A stretch of 47,997 bases of DNA from assembly GCA_938049325.1 (NCBI GenBank), contig CALICC010000096.1, positions 1 to 47,997 on the forward strand, in the 5' to 3' direction. Positions 9,134-18,081 of this stretch are shown here, one piece after another. Position 1 is the first letter of the stretch; every line of letters begins with the position of its first letter. This DNA comes from an uncultured Ilumatobacter sp. Lineage in GTDB: Bacteria > Actinomycetota > Acidimicrobiia > Acidimicrobiales > Ilumatobacteraceae. A program made the position numbers and the translations under genes. The notes under the pieces were generated by a model. The model saw nothing but the letters and a program-made list of their open reading frames with translations, had not been told where the DNA came from and ran no database searches.

Positions 9134-10479
9134 GCAGGCCCCATCGCGACAAGGCGATCGATGTTGTCGTGGAAGAACCGGATCCGCCGTTCTTGCCACG
9201 GCATGTACTCACCTCGGAACCCGCGCGACCTCAGGCCTTGCTGCTGCGTGTTCCAGATGGCGACATCTTGGTCGATTCCCGGACCGCACGACACCTCGCC
9301 GGCGCGCCCGGTCTGGTGTTCGACCTGGTGGTCGACCGAGACCCAGTCCTTCATCGAGTTCGAGTAGTACTCGTTCGATCCTTCGGGGAACAGCGTGAGA
9401 TACCACATGTCGAAGAGGCACTTCTGCGGGTCGGTGGGGTGCGGCGTTGCTCGAAGCCAGATGCAACCGTCGGGCTTCATGCTGAACGAGATGCTCGGGA
9501 ACACCGTGTAGTGGTAGTTGTCGGTCAGCTGCTCGTCTGAATACCGCGAGAAGTCGTACCCCTTGGCTTCGCCCTTCTCGCGCTTCGCGCGTTGGAGCGC
9601 CTCGCGTAACGCGACCGGGTTGTCGCGGATCGGCTCGATATCGACCTCCCAGAACTTGATGTCGGCCGCCAGACTCTTGAACGTTCGCTCGGGCTTGCCG
9701 GTGTACTGCGGGCCGGGTCCACCACCGGGCATCAGCATGCGCGCGTGACCCGACTCGTACAGGTCGAACTGGCAGCCGCTGTGGTGCTCGTTCATCGCCG
9801 GGACCGTCTGCGGGTGCACGTACGGGAGGTGGTAACTCTCGTTGAAGTTGTCTTGGACGCACTTCCAGTTGAAGTCGCCCTCGACCGTGACCCAGTGCGT
9901 GCGCTTCATGTTCTCCATGCGGTAGGCGTCGAGATGGTCGGCCACCGGGTCGAGCCACTCACGCAGCGGCGTGCACTCGGGGTCCATGTTGAACCAGATG
10001 AATCCGGCCCAGGTGTCGGACGGCATCTCGACGAGGTTGCGCTTGCCGCATGGGCTCCCCTGCGGGAAGTCGTCTTCGTCGTAGACCCAGTTCAGTCGGC
10101 CGTCGGTGCCGAAGCGCCAGCCGTGATACGCGCAAGCGAACTCACCGCTGACGAGCGAGCCGACCTCGGCGGTGACCAATCGGTTGCCACGGTGTTGGCA
10201 GACGTTGAAGAACACCCGTACCTGCTCGTCGTCACCGCGAACCGCGATGACCGAATCGCGCCCGATCTCGTAGGTGATGTAGTCGCCGGGCTCGGGAATC
10301 TGGTCGACCCGTCCCGCGACCTGCCACACCCGGGGCCACACGGTCTCCTCTTCGACGCGGGCGAACTCGGGCGACCAATACCGGTCACCGGAGATCTTGT
10401 TGTCGCTCAACGCTGGTTCGGCCGCCTTGGCCCGAGTGATTCCTCGAACGCTGACCTGTGCATCGACCGTGTCGGTCAT
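9130..10479 (-). CDS. Rieske non-heme iron oxygenase alpha subunit
   Basis: CQHRG...CAYHGW; mononuclear-iron motif DNFNESYHLPYVH and C-terminal DQD. Start placed at ATG 10479 (AGGGGAAGG RBS). Confidence 0.92.
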   Translation of the reverse strand: MTDTVDAQVSVRGITRAKAAEPALSDNKISGDRYWSPEFARVEEETVWPRVWQVAGRVDQIPEPGDYITYEIGRDSVIAVRGDDEQVRVFFNVCQHRGNRLVTAEVGSLVSGEFACAYHGWRFGTDGRLNWVYDEDDFPQGSPCGKRNLVEMPSDTWAGFIWFNMDPECTPLREWLDPVADHLDAYRMENMKRTHWVTVEGDFNWKCVQDNFNESYHLPYVHPQTVPAMNEHHSGCQFDLYESGHARMLMPGGGPGPQYTGKPERTFKSLAADIKFWEVDIEPIRDNPVALREALQRAKREKGEAKGYDFSRYSDEQLTDNYHYTVFPSISFSMKPDGCIWLRATPHPTDPQKCLFDMWYLTLFPEGSNEYYSNSMKDWVSVDHQVEHQTGRAGEVSCGPGIDQDVAIWNTQQQGLRSRGFRGEYMPWQERRIRFFHDNIDRLVAMGPA

Positions 10480-10695
10480 GACCTTCCCCTTCGGCAAATC
10501 GACCGCCTGCTCCATCTCGGGCGAGTCGTCCACTGCGGATTGCTCGACTCGCCCTCGATTAACCTAACGCACGTTCAACAAGTCGGTCTGCTCGGAGGAG
10601 CCCCCAGCGCATCGACACCAGCCAGCGCCACCACACGTTCCACGACGGGCACACATGCACGCAGATCAACCGCAATCTCGACCGGTCATCGAGCG

Positions 10696-11187
10696 ATGAT
10701 CCGCGGCATCCACCACGTTGCCGTGTCGACCCCCGACCTCGACCGACTCGTTGCGTTCTACACCGACGTCGTCGGATTCGAGCCCGTCATGAACACCGAG
10801 TGGAGCGAGCGGCCTCTCGTTGACCGCATGATCGGACTCGACGGCTCGGCTGCGCGCCAGGTGATGCTCAAGGCGGGCAATGCGTACCTCGAACTCTTCG
10901 AGTACTCGGCACCCACCCCGCGTCCGAACACCCCCGATCGGCCGCCGTCCGACCACGGCTACACCCACATCTGTCTCGACGTGACCGACATCGACGCCGA
11001 GCACGCCCGGCTGTCGGCCAACGGCATGACGTTCCATTCCACCCCGCCGACCGTCGAGGAGATGGGCGGGGTCGAACGACTGCGGGCGATCTACGGGCGT
11101 GACCCCGACGGCAACATCGTCGAACTCCAAGAGGTGCTCGATCGCCGTCTGCCGTTCGTGCTCGACGTTCCCGGATCGGACGCCTGA
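10696..11187 (+). CDS. VOC/glyoxalase family protein
   Basis: MIRGIHHVAVST, YLELFEY, GYTHICLDV, YGRDPDGNIVELQE. Confidence 0.9.
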   Translation: MIRGIHHVAVSTPDLDRLVAFYTDVVGFEPVMNTEWSERPLVDRMIGLDGSAARQVMLKAGNAYLELFEYSAPTPRPNTPDRPPSDHGYTHICLDVTDIDAEHARLSANGMTFHSTPPTVEEMGGVERLRAIYGRDPDGNIVELQEVLDRRLPFVLDVPGSDA

Positions 11188-11190
11188 ACC

Positions 11191-12639
11191 ATGACCGACC
11201 AAGTCACGCCGGTCAGCGTGCAGCCGGGCGAGGCGCGCTGCCCCGGCCCGAGCACGCGCGACCTGATCCTCGGCGATTCGACACCACCACCCGCCGCTCT
11301 CCTCGAGGAGTCGTACACGTTCGAAGGCGACGACGACATCCCGTACGAGGAGTTCACCTCGGCGGCCTACGCCGCCGACGAACACGACCACATGTGGTCC
11401 CGAACCTGGCAGTGGGCATGCCGCGTCGAACACATTCCTCAACCAGGCGACTACTACGTGTACGACATCGGCGACCGCTCGGCCCTCGTCGTGCGCGGAC
11501 CCGACGGAACGATCAAGGCGTTCCACAACTCGTGCCTCCATCGCGGCACCCAACTCAAGCCGCCGGGTTCGAACGGGTTCTCCCAGAAGCTCCGATGTCC
11601 CTTCCACGGCTGGACCTGGTCACTCGACGGCGACCTGGTCGACCTGCCGTGCGAGTGGGACTTTCCCCACGTCAACGCCGACGAGTTCCAGCTTCCCCAA
11701 CTCCGAACCGGTGAGTGGGGCGGGTTCGTGTTCGTCAATTTCGATGACTGCCCCGAGGAACTGATCGCGCCGCCACTCGACGAATACCTCGGCGTGCTGC
11801 CCGACCACTTCGCCGACTGGGATCTCGGCGATCGGTACGTCGAGGTCCACGTCCGCAAGAAACTGCCCGCCAACTGGAAGGCATCGGCGGAGGCGTTTCT
11901 CGAGGCGTACCACATCCTCGAAACACACAGCCAGTCGATCTACACCGCCGGTGATGCCAACGCGCAGTACGACGTGTTCGGCGACAACGTCACCCGATTC
12001 ATTCACACGATCGCCACCACGTCGCCGCACGTGCCCGCCGAGAAGCGGCCCGACGAAGACGCCATGTTGAACATGTTGATGGCGCGCAAGAACCCCGGTC
12101 ACGAGGTGCCCGCCATCCCTGAGGGTGAGCGCGCTCGCGATGTCTACGCACGCCACATGCAAGAGGTGCTGGGTGAGGCGTACGACAACGACTTCTCCGA
12201 CCTCTCGGTCGCCGAGACCATCGACTCGATCGAGTACCACCTCTTCCCGAACGCGTTCTTCTTCCCGGGTCTGCAGATCCCGCTCACCTACCGGTTCCGC
12301 CCTGATGGCCCCGATCCGGATCGCTGCATCTACGAAGTGCTGTTTCTCCGTCCGAAGCCACGTTCGGGCCAGGTGCCCGAACCGGCGGAGCCGTTCGATC
12401 TCGACGTCGACGACAGCTACACGACCGTGCCCGGCCTCCCCACGTCGCTCGGCCAAGTGCTCGACCAAGACACCACAAACCTCGCTGCACAGACGCGCGG
12501 TTTCAAGTCGAGCAAGAAGCGCGGTCAGACCCTCGGCAACTACCAAGAGGTTCGAGCCCGCCATTTCCAGTCGATGGTTCGGCGCTACATCAACGAAGGT
12601 CGAACCACCTCAGCCACGAAGAAAGCAGCAACCACATGA
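11191..12639 (+). CDS. Rieske non-heme iron oxygenase alpha subunit
   Basis: CLHRG...CPFHGW; EAFLEAYHILETH; DQD. Confidence 0.92.
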   Translation: MTDQVTPVSVQPGEARCPGPSTRDLILGDSTPPPAALLEESYTFEGDDDIPYEEFTSAAYAADEHDHMWSRTWQWACRVEHIPQPGDYYVYDIGDRSALVVRGPDGTIKAFHNSCLHRGTQLKPPGSNGFSQKLRCPFHGWTWSLDGDLVDLPCEWDFPHVNADEFQLPQLRTGEWGGFVFVNFDDCPEELIAPPLDEYLGVLPDHFADWDLGDRYVEVHVRKKLPANWKASAEAFLEAYHILETHSQSIYTAGDANAQYDVFGDNVTRFIHTIATTSPHVPAEKRPDEDAMLNMLMARKNPGHEVPAIPEGERARDVYARHMQEVLGEAYDNDFSDLSVAETIDSIEYHLFPNAFFFPGLQIPLTYRFRPDGPDPDRCIYEVLFLRPKPRSGQVPEPAEPFDLDVDDSYTTVPGLPTSLGQVLDQDTTNLAAQTRGFKSSKKRGQTLGNYQEVRARHFQSMVRRYINEGRTTSATKKAATT

Positions 12640-13064
12640 GCAGAGATGCAATCGCAGACCTCGTGCACCGATATGCCGATGCAGTCGTTCGTCGCGACCC
12701 TGAGCAGTGGTCGACCACCTGGGCTACCGATGCGGTGTGGGACCTCGGCAAAGGCCGACGCGTCGACGGTCGCGAGGCGATCCTCGCGCTGTGGAATTCG
12801 GCGATGGACGGTTTCAAGGCGGTCGTCCAGAACGTCGTGAACGGCACGGCCGAGATCGACGAGGCGGCGGGCACCGGAACCGGACGCTGGTACATCATCG
12901 AGCACTGGAATCGCGCCGACGACTCACGGGGCATCCTCCTCGCGTACTACGACGACACGTACAAACGCGTCGACGGCCAGTGGTACTTCGCGAGCCGCGA
13001 ACTCATCATCCAATACGGCGGACCACAAGACCTGTCGGCCGACTTCCAGAACGCTTGGAGCTGA
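12636..13064 (+). CDS. SnoaL-like/NTF2 family protein
   Basis: RYADAV, WATDAVW, YDDTYKRVDGQWYFASR. ATGA overlap with the oxygenase gene. Confidence 0.87.
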   Translation: MSRDAIADLVHRYADAVVRRDPEQWSTTWATDAVWDLGKGRRVDGREAILALWNSAMDGFKAVVQNVVNGTAEIDEAAGTGTGRWYIIEHWNRADDSRGILLAYYDDTYKRVDGQWYFASRELIIQYGGPQDLSADFQNAWS

Positions 13065-13070
13065 TCGAAC

Positions 13071-14633
13071 ATGGCAGTACTCACCGCAGGCTTCGCCGCA
13101 GAGAAGGGCGACGAACTCGCGCTCGCCGATGACAACGGCACCGAGACGTGGAGCGAGTTCAACGAACGCGTCAACCGCCTCATCCACAGCTTCCGCGACG
13201 CTGGTCTCGCGTCGGGCGACACGGTCGCCGTCATCAGCGGAAACTGCAACGAGTGGTTCGAAACGGCGTTCGCGTGCGCGAACTCCGGGCTCATCTTCGT
13301 GCCCGTGAACTGGCACCTGGTCGCTTCGGAGATCGCATACATCCTCGGCGACTCAGGCGCGAAGGCGGTCATCGCCGGACACCACTTCATCGACGAGATC
13401 GCCAAGGCACTCGACGACGAGCAATCCGCAAACATCGAACTCGCGTTGATCATCGGTGCACCCGCCACCGGACGGTTCCAGCACTTCGACGACTTCCTCG
13501 CGGCCGGTTCGCCCGACGAACCCGCCGAGCAGAGCTTCGGCGGCCCGATGTTCTACACATCGGGGACGACCGGGCACCCCAAGGGCGTGCGCGGGTCGCT
13601 GACTGCGATGCCCGATGGGGCCGACCCGTCGATCTGGCAGCTCATCGGCGCCGGGTTCTCCGAGATGGTGGCCGGAGGCGGACGGACCGTGCTCTGCGGG
13701 CCGTTCTACCACTCGGCACAGTGGGCGTTTTCGTTCCTGCCGATGCTCAACGGTTCGGCAACGATCATGCAGCACAAGTACGACAGCGCGGGCGTGCTCA
13801 AGATGATCGACGACTACCAAGCGACCAACATCCACCTCGTCCCCACACAGATGAAGCGGCTCATCGACCTGCCCGACGACGTGAAGTCGAGCTTCGACGG
13901 CTCGTCGTTGAAGATCGTCCTGCACGGCGCGGCACCGTGTCCACCGGTGGTGAAGCAGTCGATGATCGACTGGTGGGGCCCGGTCATCACCGAGTACTAC
14001 GGCTCGACCGAAGGCTCGGTCATCACACTGATCGACTCGAACGAGTGGGTGGTGAAGGGCGGCAGCGTCGGCAAGGCATTGCCGAACATGGAGATCCTCG
14101 TCGTCGGCGACGATGGCACCCATCTCGGGCCGAACGAGTCGGGCACGCTGTATTTCCGCAACGCGATGGGCACCGACTTCGAGTACCACAACGCCCCCGA
14201 GAAGACCGCCGACAGCCACCTCGAGCCCGGCGTCTTCACGACCGGCGACGTGGGATACCTCGACGACGAGGGCTACCTCTGGCTCAGCGATCGCAAGATC
14301 GACATGATCATCTCAGGTGGGGTCAACATCTATCCCGCCGAGATCGAAGGCGTACTCGGTGGGCATCCACTCGTCGGCGACGTTGCGGTGATCGGCGTCC
14401 CGAACGAGGAGTTCGGCGAAGAGGTCAAGGCAATCGTGGTGCCGAACGACGGCGTCGAAGCGAGCGATGACATGGTGGCCACGCTGGTGGCGCATTGCCG
14501 CGAGCATCTCGCCGGCTACAAACGCCCACGCTCGTTCGATTTCGCCGACGCACTCCCGCGCACCGGCACCGGCAAGATCCAGAAGGCCAAGCTGCGCGGG
14601 CCTTTCTGGGAAGGCCACGACCGAGCGATCTGA
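13071..14633 (+). CDS. Acyl-CoA synthetase / AMP-binding enzyme
   Basis: MFYTSGTTGHPKG, YYGSTE, TTGDVGYLD, SGGVNIYPAEIE, PRTGTGKIQK. Confidence 0.94.
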   Translation: MAVLTAGFAAEKGDELALADDNGTETWSEFNERVNRLIHSFRDAGLASGDTVAVISGNCNEWFETAFACANSGLIFVPVNWHLVASEIAYILGDSGAKAVIAGHHFIDEIAKALDDEQSANIELALIIGAPATGRFQHFDDFLAAGSPDEPAEQSFGGPMFYTSGTTGHPKGVRGSLTAMPDGADPSIWQLIGAGFSEMVAGGGRTVLCGPFYHSAQWAFSFLPMLNGSATIMQHKYDSAGVLKMIDDYQATNIHLVPTQMKRLIDLPDDVKSSFDGSSLKIVLHGAAPCPPVVKQSMIDWWGPVITEYYGSTEGSVITLIDSNEWVVKGGSVGKALPNMEILVVGDDGTHLGPNESGTLYFRNAMGTDFEYHNAPEKTADSHLEPGVFTTGDVGYLDDEGYLWLSDRKIDMIISGGVNIYPAEIEGVLGGHPLVGDVAVIGVPNEEFGEEVKAIVVPNDGVEASDDMVATLVAHCREHLAGYKRPRSFDFADALPRTGTGKIQKAKLRGPFWEGHDRAI

Positions 14634-14663
14634 CTCGTGCCCACGACCGGGCTGAGCCGCAAG

Positions 14664-15446
14664 CTATCCGGCGGCCCAGTGGATGGCATTGGCGAGGATC
14701 CGACGGAAGTTGGGGTCCGCGTAGGTTTGTGGGCCGTCGCCGAACTGGATGTAGGCAATGGGTGAGGCACCGACCTGCTTCGTCCACGCCACCAGGTCGC
14801 TCCCGGGCGGGTGCGTCCAGCCGGTCGAGTCGTTGAGCGTCCCGCGGATCGCGCGATCCGCCGAGTAGAAGTTCTCGTCGACGAACTCGTAGGTGCTGCG
14901 CATCAGCGGACGTACGTCTTTGGTCAGCACCGGGTACAGATACACCTCGTCGGTGATCGTGAACGACGGTTCGATGCCCGCGCAGATCGGATGATCCGGG
15001 TCGAGGAGCTCGACGGTGTGGGTGACGTCGTGGCGATAGCCCGAGTCGGGGTAGTCGACGCCATCGAGCGCGGCCGGTTGATAGTGGAATCGACCGCCGA
15101 CGACGTGCGCGTACTCCTCCCACGCGGGCCAGCCGGCGACGGCGTGATGCATGAACACCATTCCCTTACCGGCGTCGAGCAGTGCTCGGAACTTCTCTGC
15201 GTAGCCGTCAGGCGGCTCGGGGAATCGGGCGGGCGGGTCGCTGCGAGTGAACTCGATGCCGGGCATGTCGTACATCACGAACGCGTCGAAGTCCGCGGCA
15301 CGTTCGGGCTCGACGAGTTCCAGCGCCTCGGGGTGCTCCACGTGCGTCCACTCGACGCCGGCCATCTCGTCGAACATCGCGAAGAACGGCTCGGCGTCGA
15401 ACGGATGGCCTTTCGTCACCACGGCGACCCGAGTCAGGCGATCCAT
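14664..15446 (-). CDS. ThuA-like (class I glutamine-amidotransferase-like) domain protein
   Basis: VVTKGHPFD, GKGMVFMHHA, HPICAGI..F...DEVY, YIQFGD. C-terminal part of ORF 14664..15710. Confidence 0.8.
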   Translation of the reverse strand: MDRLTRVAVVTKGHPFDAEPFFAMFDEMAGVEWTHVEHPEALELVEPERAADFDAFVMYDMPGIEFTRSDPPARFPEPPDGYAEKFRALLDAGKGMVFMHHAVAGWPAWEEYAHVVGGRFHYQPAALDGVDYPDSGYRHDVTHTVELLDPDHPICAGIEPSFTITDEVYLYPVLTKDVRPLMRSTYEFVDENFYSADRAIRGTLNDSTGWTHPPGSDLVAWTKQVGASPIAYIQFGDGPQTYADPNFRRILANAIHWAAG

Positions 15447-15554
15447 CCATGCAACGTAACGACGGAGGCAGCTCCGGCACGAGGCAGCGAAACGTCGATG
15501 CGTAAGGTGAATCCGCCAACGACGGAGCAGCGATCGAGCAGCGCTGAGAACAAC

Positions 15555-17324
15555 ATGACGGGACACGACATGACCACGGACGACACGAACACCAGCGGCT
15601 GGATCGGCGACTCGGAGCTCGGGGAACGCTTTCCTGCCTGGACCCGCGGGAACGCCGCCGACGTGTTTCCCGACCCGTTCAGCCCACTCGGCAAGAGCTT
15701 GGTCCTGCAACAGGCCATGTCGAAGGGTCTGCGCGATGCGTACATCGATCTCGGCGCGTTGAACTATGACGAGTACGAGAACCCGGACGCGCCCGATCTG
15801 TTCAAGATGTTCGGCGGCTATGTCTACAACCCGCTCACGATGACGCGGATCTTGGGCGCACGTATGCCGGGCGCATCACCGGAGATGATCGACCAGGCGT
15901 TCTTCGACGAGCGCGACGAGGTGCCGCCGTACGACGAGGAGCCATGGCACATTTCGCCCTCGAACGAAGCTCGCCTCGGCGAGTCCGTCGGCTGGGCGAT
16001 GTCGGCACAGTCGCTGCCGGAGCTCGACGCCGATCGTGAGCTCGTGCGAGCACAACGCGCCAACCGACCCGACTTCGTTGCGATGTCAGACTCCGCCGTG
16101 CTGGCCCGAGCGCGGTCGATGGTGCCACTCCTCCAGCAAACGTTCGAGAACGCAATGCGGGTGTCGTCGATGTCGGGTATGGGTCCGGGAGCACTGGGCG
16201 CCGTGTGTGAGGCGGTGGGCGATCCGAGTCTGTCGATCCGCCTGCTGGCAGGTATCGAAGTCGACTCGGCAGCGCCGTCACATGCCATGTGGGAACTCGG
16301 CCGCGTGGCGAAGTCATCCGCGGCCGTGAGCGCCGCGTTCGACGCCGGCCCCGACGCTGTGCTCGACGCGTTGCGAGCCTCCGACTCTCCCGATGCGGCC
16401 GATTTCCTCGAGCGCGTCGATGCGTTCTTGTTCGAGCACGGAGCACGGGCGCAGAACGAGTACGACGTGTTCGCGACCTCGTGGGAGGTCGCACCGCGAA
16501 TCGCACTTGCGGCGATCGACCTGATGCGCCGTTCCGACGAAGGCCAGGCTCCCGCAGGCCGCAACGCCGCCGCCGTTGCCGAACGCGACCGAATCTCCGC
16601 CGAGATCCGCGCCAAGATCGCCGACGACGAAGAACTCGCCGGCACCTTCGAGGCCGGTCTCGGGTCAGCGCAGTTGTTTCTCGCCGGACGCGAGCGCGCA
16701 AAGACCAACGTGGTCACGATCATCAACGAGATGCGTGTGGCATTGCGCGAGTTCGGCCGTCGGATGGTCGAGCAAGGCGCGATCGACCAACTCGAGAAGG
16801 TGTTCATGCTCACCGACGCCGAACTCGATCGCCTGCGGCATTCGCCCGAGACGATCCGCGCCGAGGCCGACAGCCGGTGGGAGCAGTTCCAGACGCTGTT
16901 CGAGCGCAAGCCCGTCTTCGTCGTGAACGGTCGTGTACCAGAACTGTCCGAGATGACGCGACGCGACGCCGGCGACATCGAAGTCGGAAGCGCTGGCACC
17001 GTGCTGAGCGGTTCGGCAGGCTCCGGCGGTACCGCGACCGGGCGCGCCCGCGTCATCCTCGATGCAGCCGACCCCGAGGGTCTCGAACCGGGCGACATTC
17101 TGATCGCGCCGCAGACCGATCCGTCGTGGGTGCCACTGTTCGTTCCGGCGGCCGGCGTGGTCGTCAATGTCGGGGCAATGGGCAGCCACGCGATGATCGT
17201 GTCACGCGAGCTCGGCGTGCCGTGTGTTGCTTCCGTCGCCGATGCGACCGACATCATTCCCGACGGAGCGATGATCACCATCGACGGCAGCACGGGCACG
17301 GTGACGATTGACTCGGTTGCGTGA
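15555..17324 (+). CDS. PEP-utilising (phospho-His swivel) enzyme of rifampin-phosphotransferase / phenylphosphate-synthase-A type, lacking an ATP-grasp domain
   Basis: N-terminal WTRGNAADVFPDPFSPLG; C-terminal GTATGRARVI, GDILIAPQTDPSWVPLF, GAMGSHAMIVSRELGVPCV, IDGSTGTV. Start ATG 15555 or 15570. Confidence 0.85.
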   Translation: MTGHDMTTDDTNTSGWIGDSELGERFPAWTRGNAADVFPDPFSPLGKSLVLQQAMSKGLRDAYIDLGALNYDEYENPDAPDLFKMFGGYVYNPLTMTRILGARMPGASPEMIDQAFFDERDEVPPYDEEPWHISPSNEARLGESVGWAMSAQSLPELDADRELVRAQRANRPDFVAMSDSAVLARARSMVPLLQQTFENAMRVSSMSGMGPGALGAVCEAVGDPSLSIRLLAGIEVDSAAPSHAMWELGRVAKSSAAVSAAFDAGPDAVLDALRASDSPDAADFLERVDAFLFEHGARAQNEYDVFATSWEVAPRIALAAIDLMRRSDEGQAPAGRNAAAVAERDRISAEIRAKIADDEELAGTFEAGLGSAQLFLAGRERAKTNVVTIINEMRVALREFGRRMVEQGAIDQLEKVFMLTDAELDRLRHSPETIRAEADSRWEQFQTLFERKPVFVVNGRVPELSEMTRRDAGDIEVGSAGTVLSGSAGSGGTATGRARVILDAADPEGLEPGDILIAPQTDPSWVPLFVPAAGVVVNVGAMGSHAMIVSRELGVPCVASVADATDIIPDGAMITIDGSTGTVTIDSVA

Positions 17325-17716
17325 CCCGTTCTGACAAACCCGCCCGCGACGGATCCGCGGGCAACCGATGGCTTCCGGGGAATCCGACCGCCGTCGGCGA
17401 CGACCCCGACTACCGCTTCACGTTGGCCAACGAGCGGACCTTCCTGGCGTGGGTGCGCACGGCGCTCGCCCTCTCGGCGGGTGGGCTCGCGGCGCTCACC
17501 GTTCTCGACGACGTGCGGTACGAAGAACTGCTCGGCATCGGGTTGCTCGCGCTCAGTTTCTTGACTGCGGCCACGTCGTATCGCCGGTGGGCGTTGAACG
17601 AGCGAGCAATGCGCCTGAACGTTCCGCTCCCACCGTCGCGGCTGCCGTTGATGATGGCGATCGGCGTCGCCGTCGTCGCGCTCGTCGCCGCCGTCATCGC
17701 CGCGGTGAATCAATGA
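17321..17716 (+). CDS. DUF202/YidH family membrane protein
   Basis: PDYRFTLANERTFLAWVRTALAL plus 3 hydrophobic segments. GTGA overlap with the upstream gene. Confidence 0.9.
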   Translation: MTRSDKPARDGSAGNRWLPGNPTAVGDDPDYRFTLANERTFLAWVRTALALSAGGLAALTVLDDVRYEELLGIGLLALSFLTAATSYRRWALNERAMRLNVPLPPSRLPLMMAIGVAVVALVAAVIAAVNQ

Positions 17717-18069
17717 GTCGACGATCGCGAGGCTTGCCCGAGCGGCCAACCACCGTCTTCGACTCGATGCTGCAGCACGAACGAACCGCGCTCGCGTGGG
17801 AACGCACAGCGATTGCGACGATGGTGTCGGGCGTGCTGCTTGCGCGACACGCGTCCGACGTCAACGTGATACTCGCCGTACTCGGCGTTGCACAGGTGCT
17901 CGTCGGCGCTGGCCTGTTGATCTGGACGGGACTCCGTTACGAGCAGTTGCACGCTCCATTGCGTCGCGGCGACAGCCCGGTCCACCCGGCGGCAGCCCGC
18001 GTCGTCGGGCTGACCACCGTCGTGTTCACCGCAGCAGCGATGGTCGTTGCCGTCGCCAGCACCATCTGA
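17713..18069 (+). CDS. DUF202 family membrane protein (YidG-like partner)
   Basis: LQHERTALAWERT plus 3 hydrophobic segments. ATGA overlap. Confidence 0.85.
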   Translation: MSRRSRGLPERPTTVFDSMLQHERTALAWERTAIATMVSGVLLARHASDVNVILAVLGVAQVLVGAGLLIWTGLRYEQLHAPLRRGDSPVHPAAARVVGLTTVVFTAAAMVVAVASTI

Positions 18070-18081
18070 CGCCGCGCGCGG

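Noticed and set aside
10561-10580. KstR box implying steroid catabolism
   Set aside because: KstR consensus has AAC-N2-GTT; here the spacing is AAC-N4-GTT, and no hallmark steroid genes are present.
14811-15554. N-terminal 248 aa of the 837-aa ORF as the missing ATP-grasp domain
   Set aside because: It is mostly the antisense of the ThuA-like gene and has no PPDK_N motifs. Similar spurious extensions were trimmed from ORFs 3127, 9745, 32730, 41878 and 44598.
253-17324. Secondary-metabolite biosynthetic cluster
   Set aside because: No PKS/NRPS, carrier protein, precursor peptide or dedicated exporter; the enzyme mix fits catabolism better, though tailoring in trans cannot be excluded.
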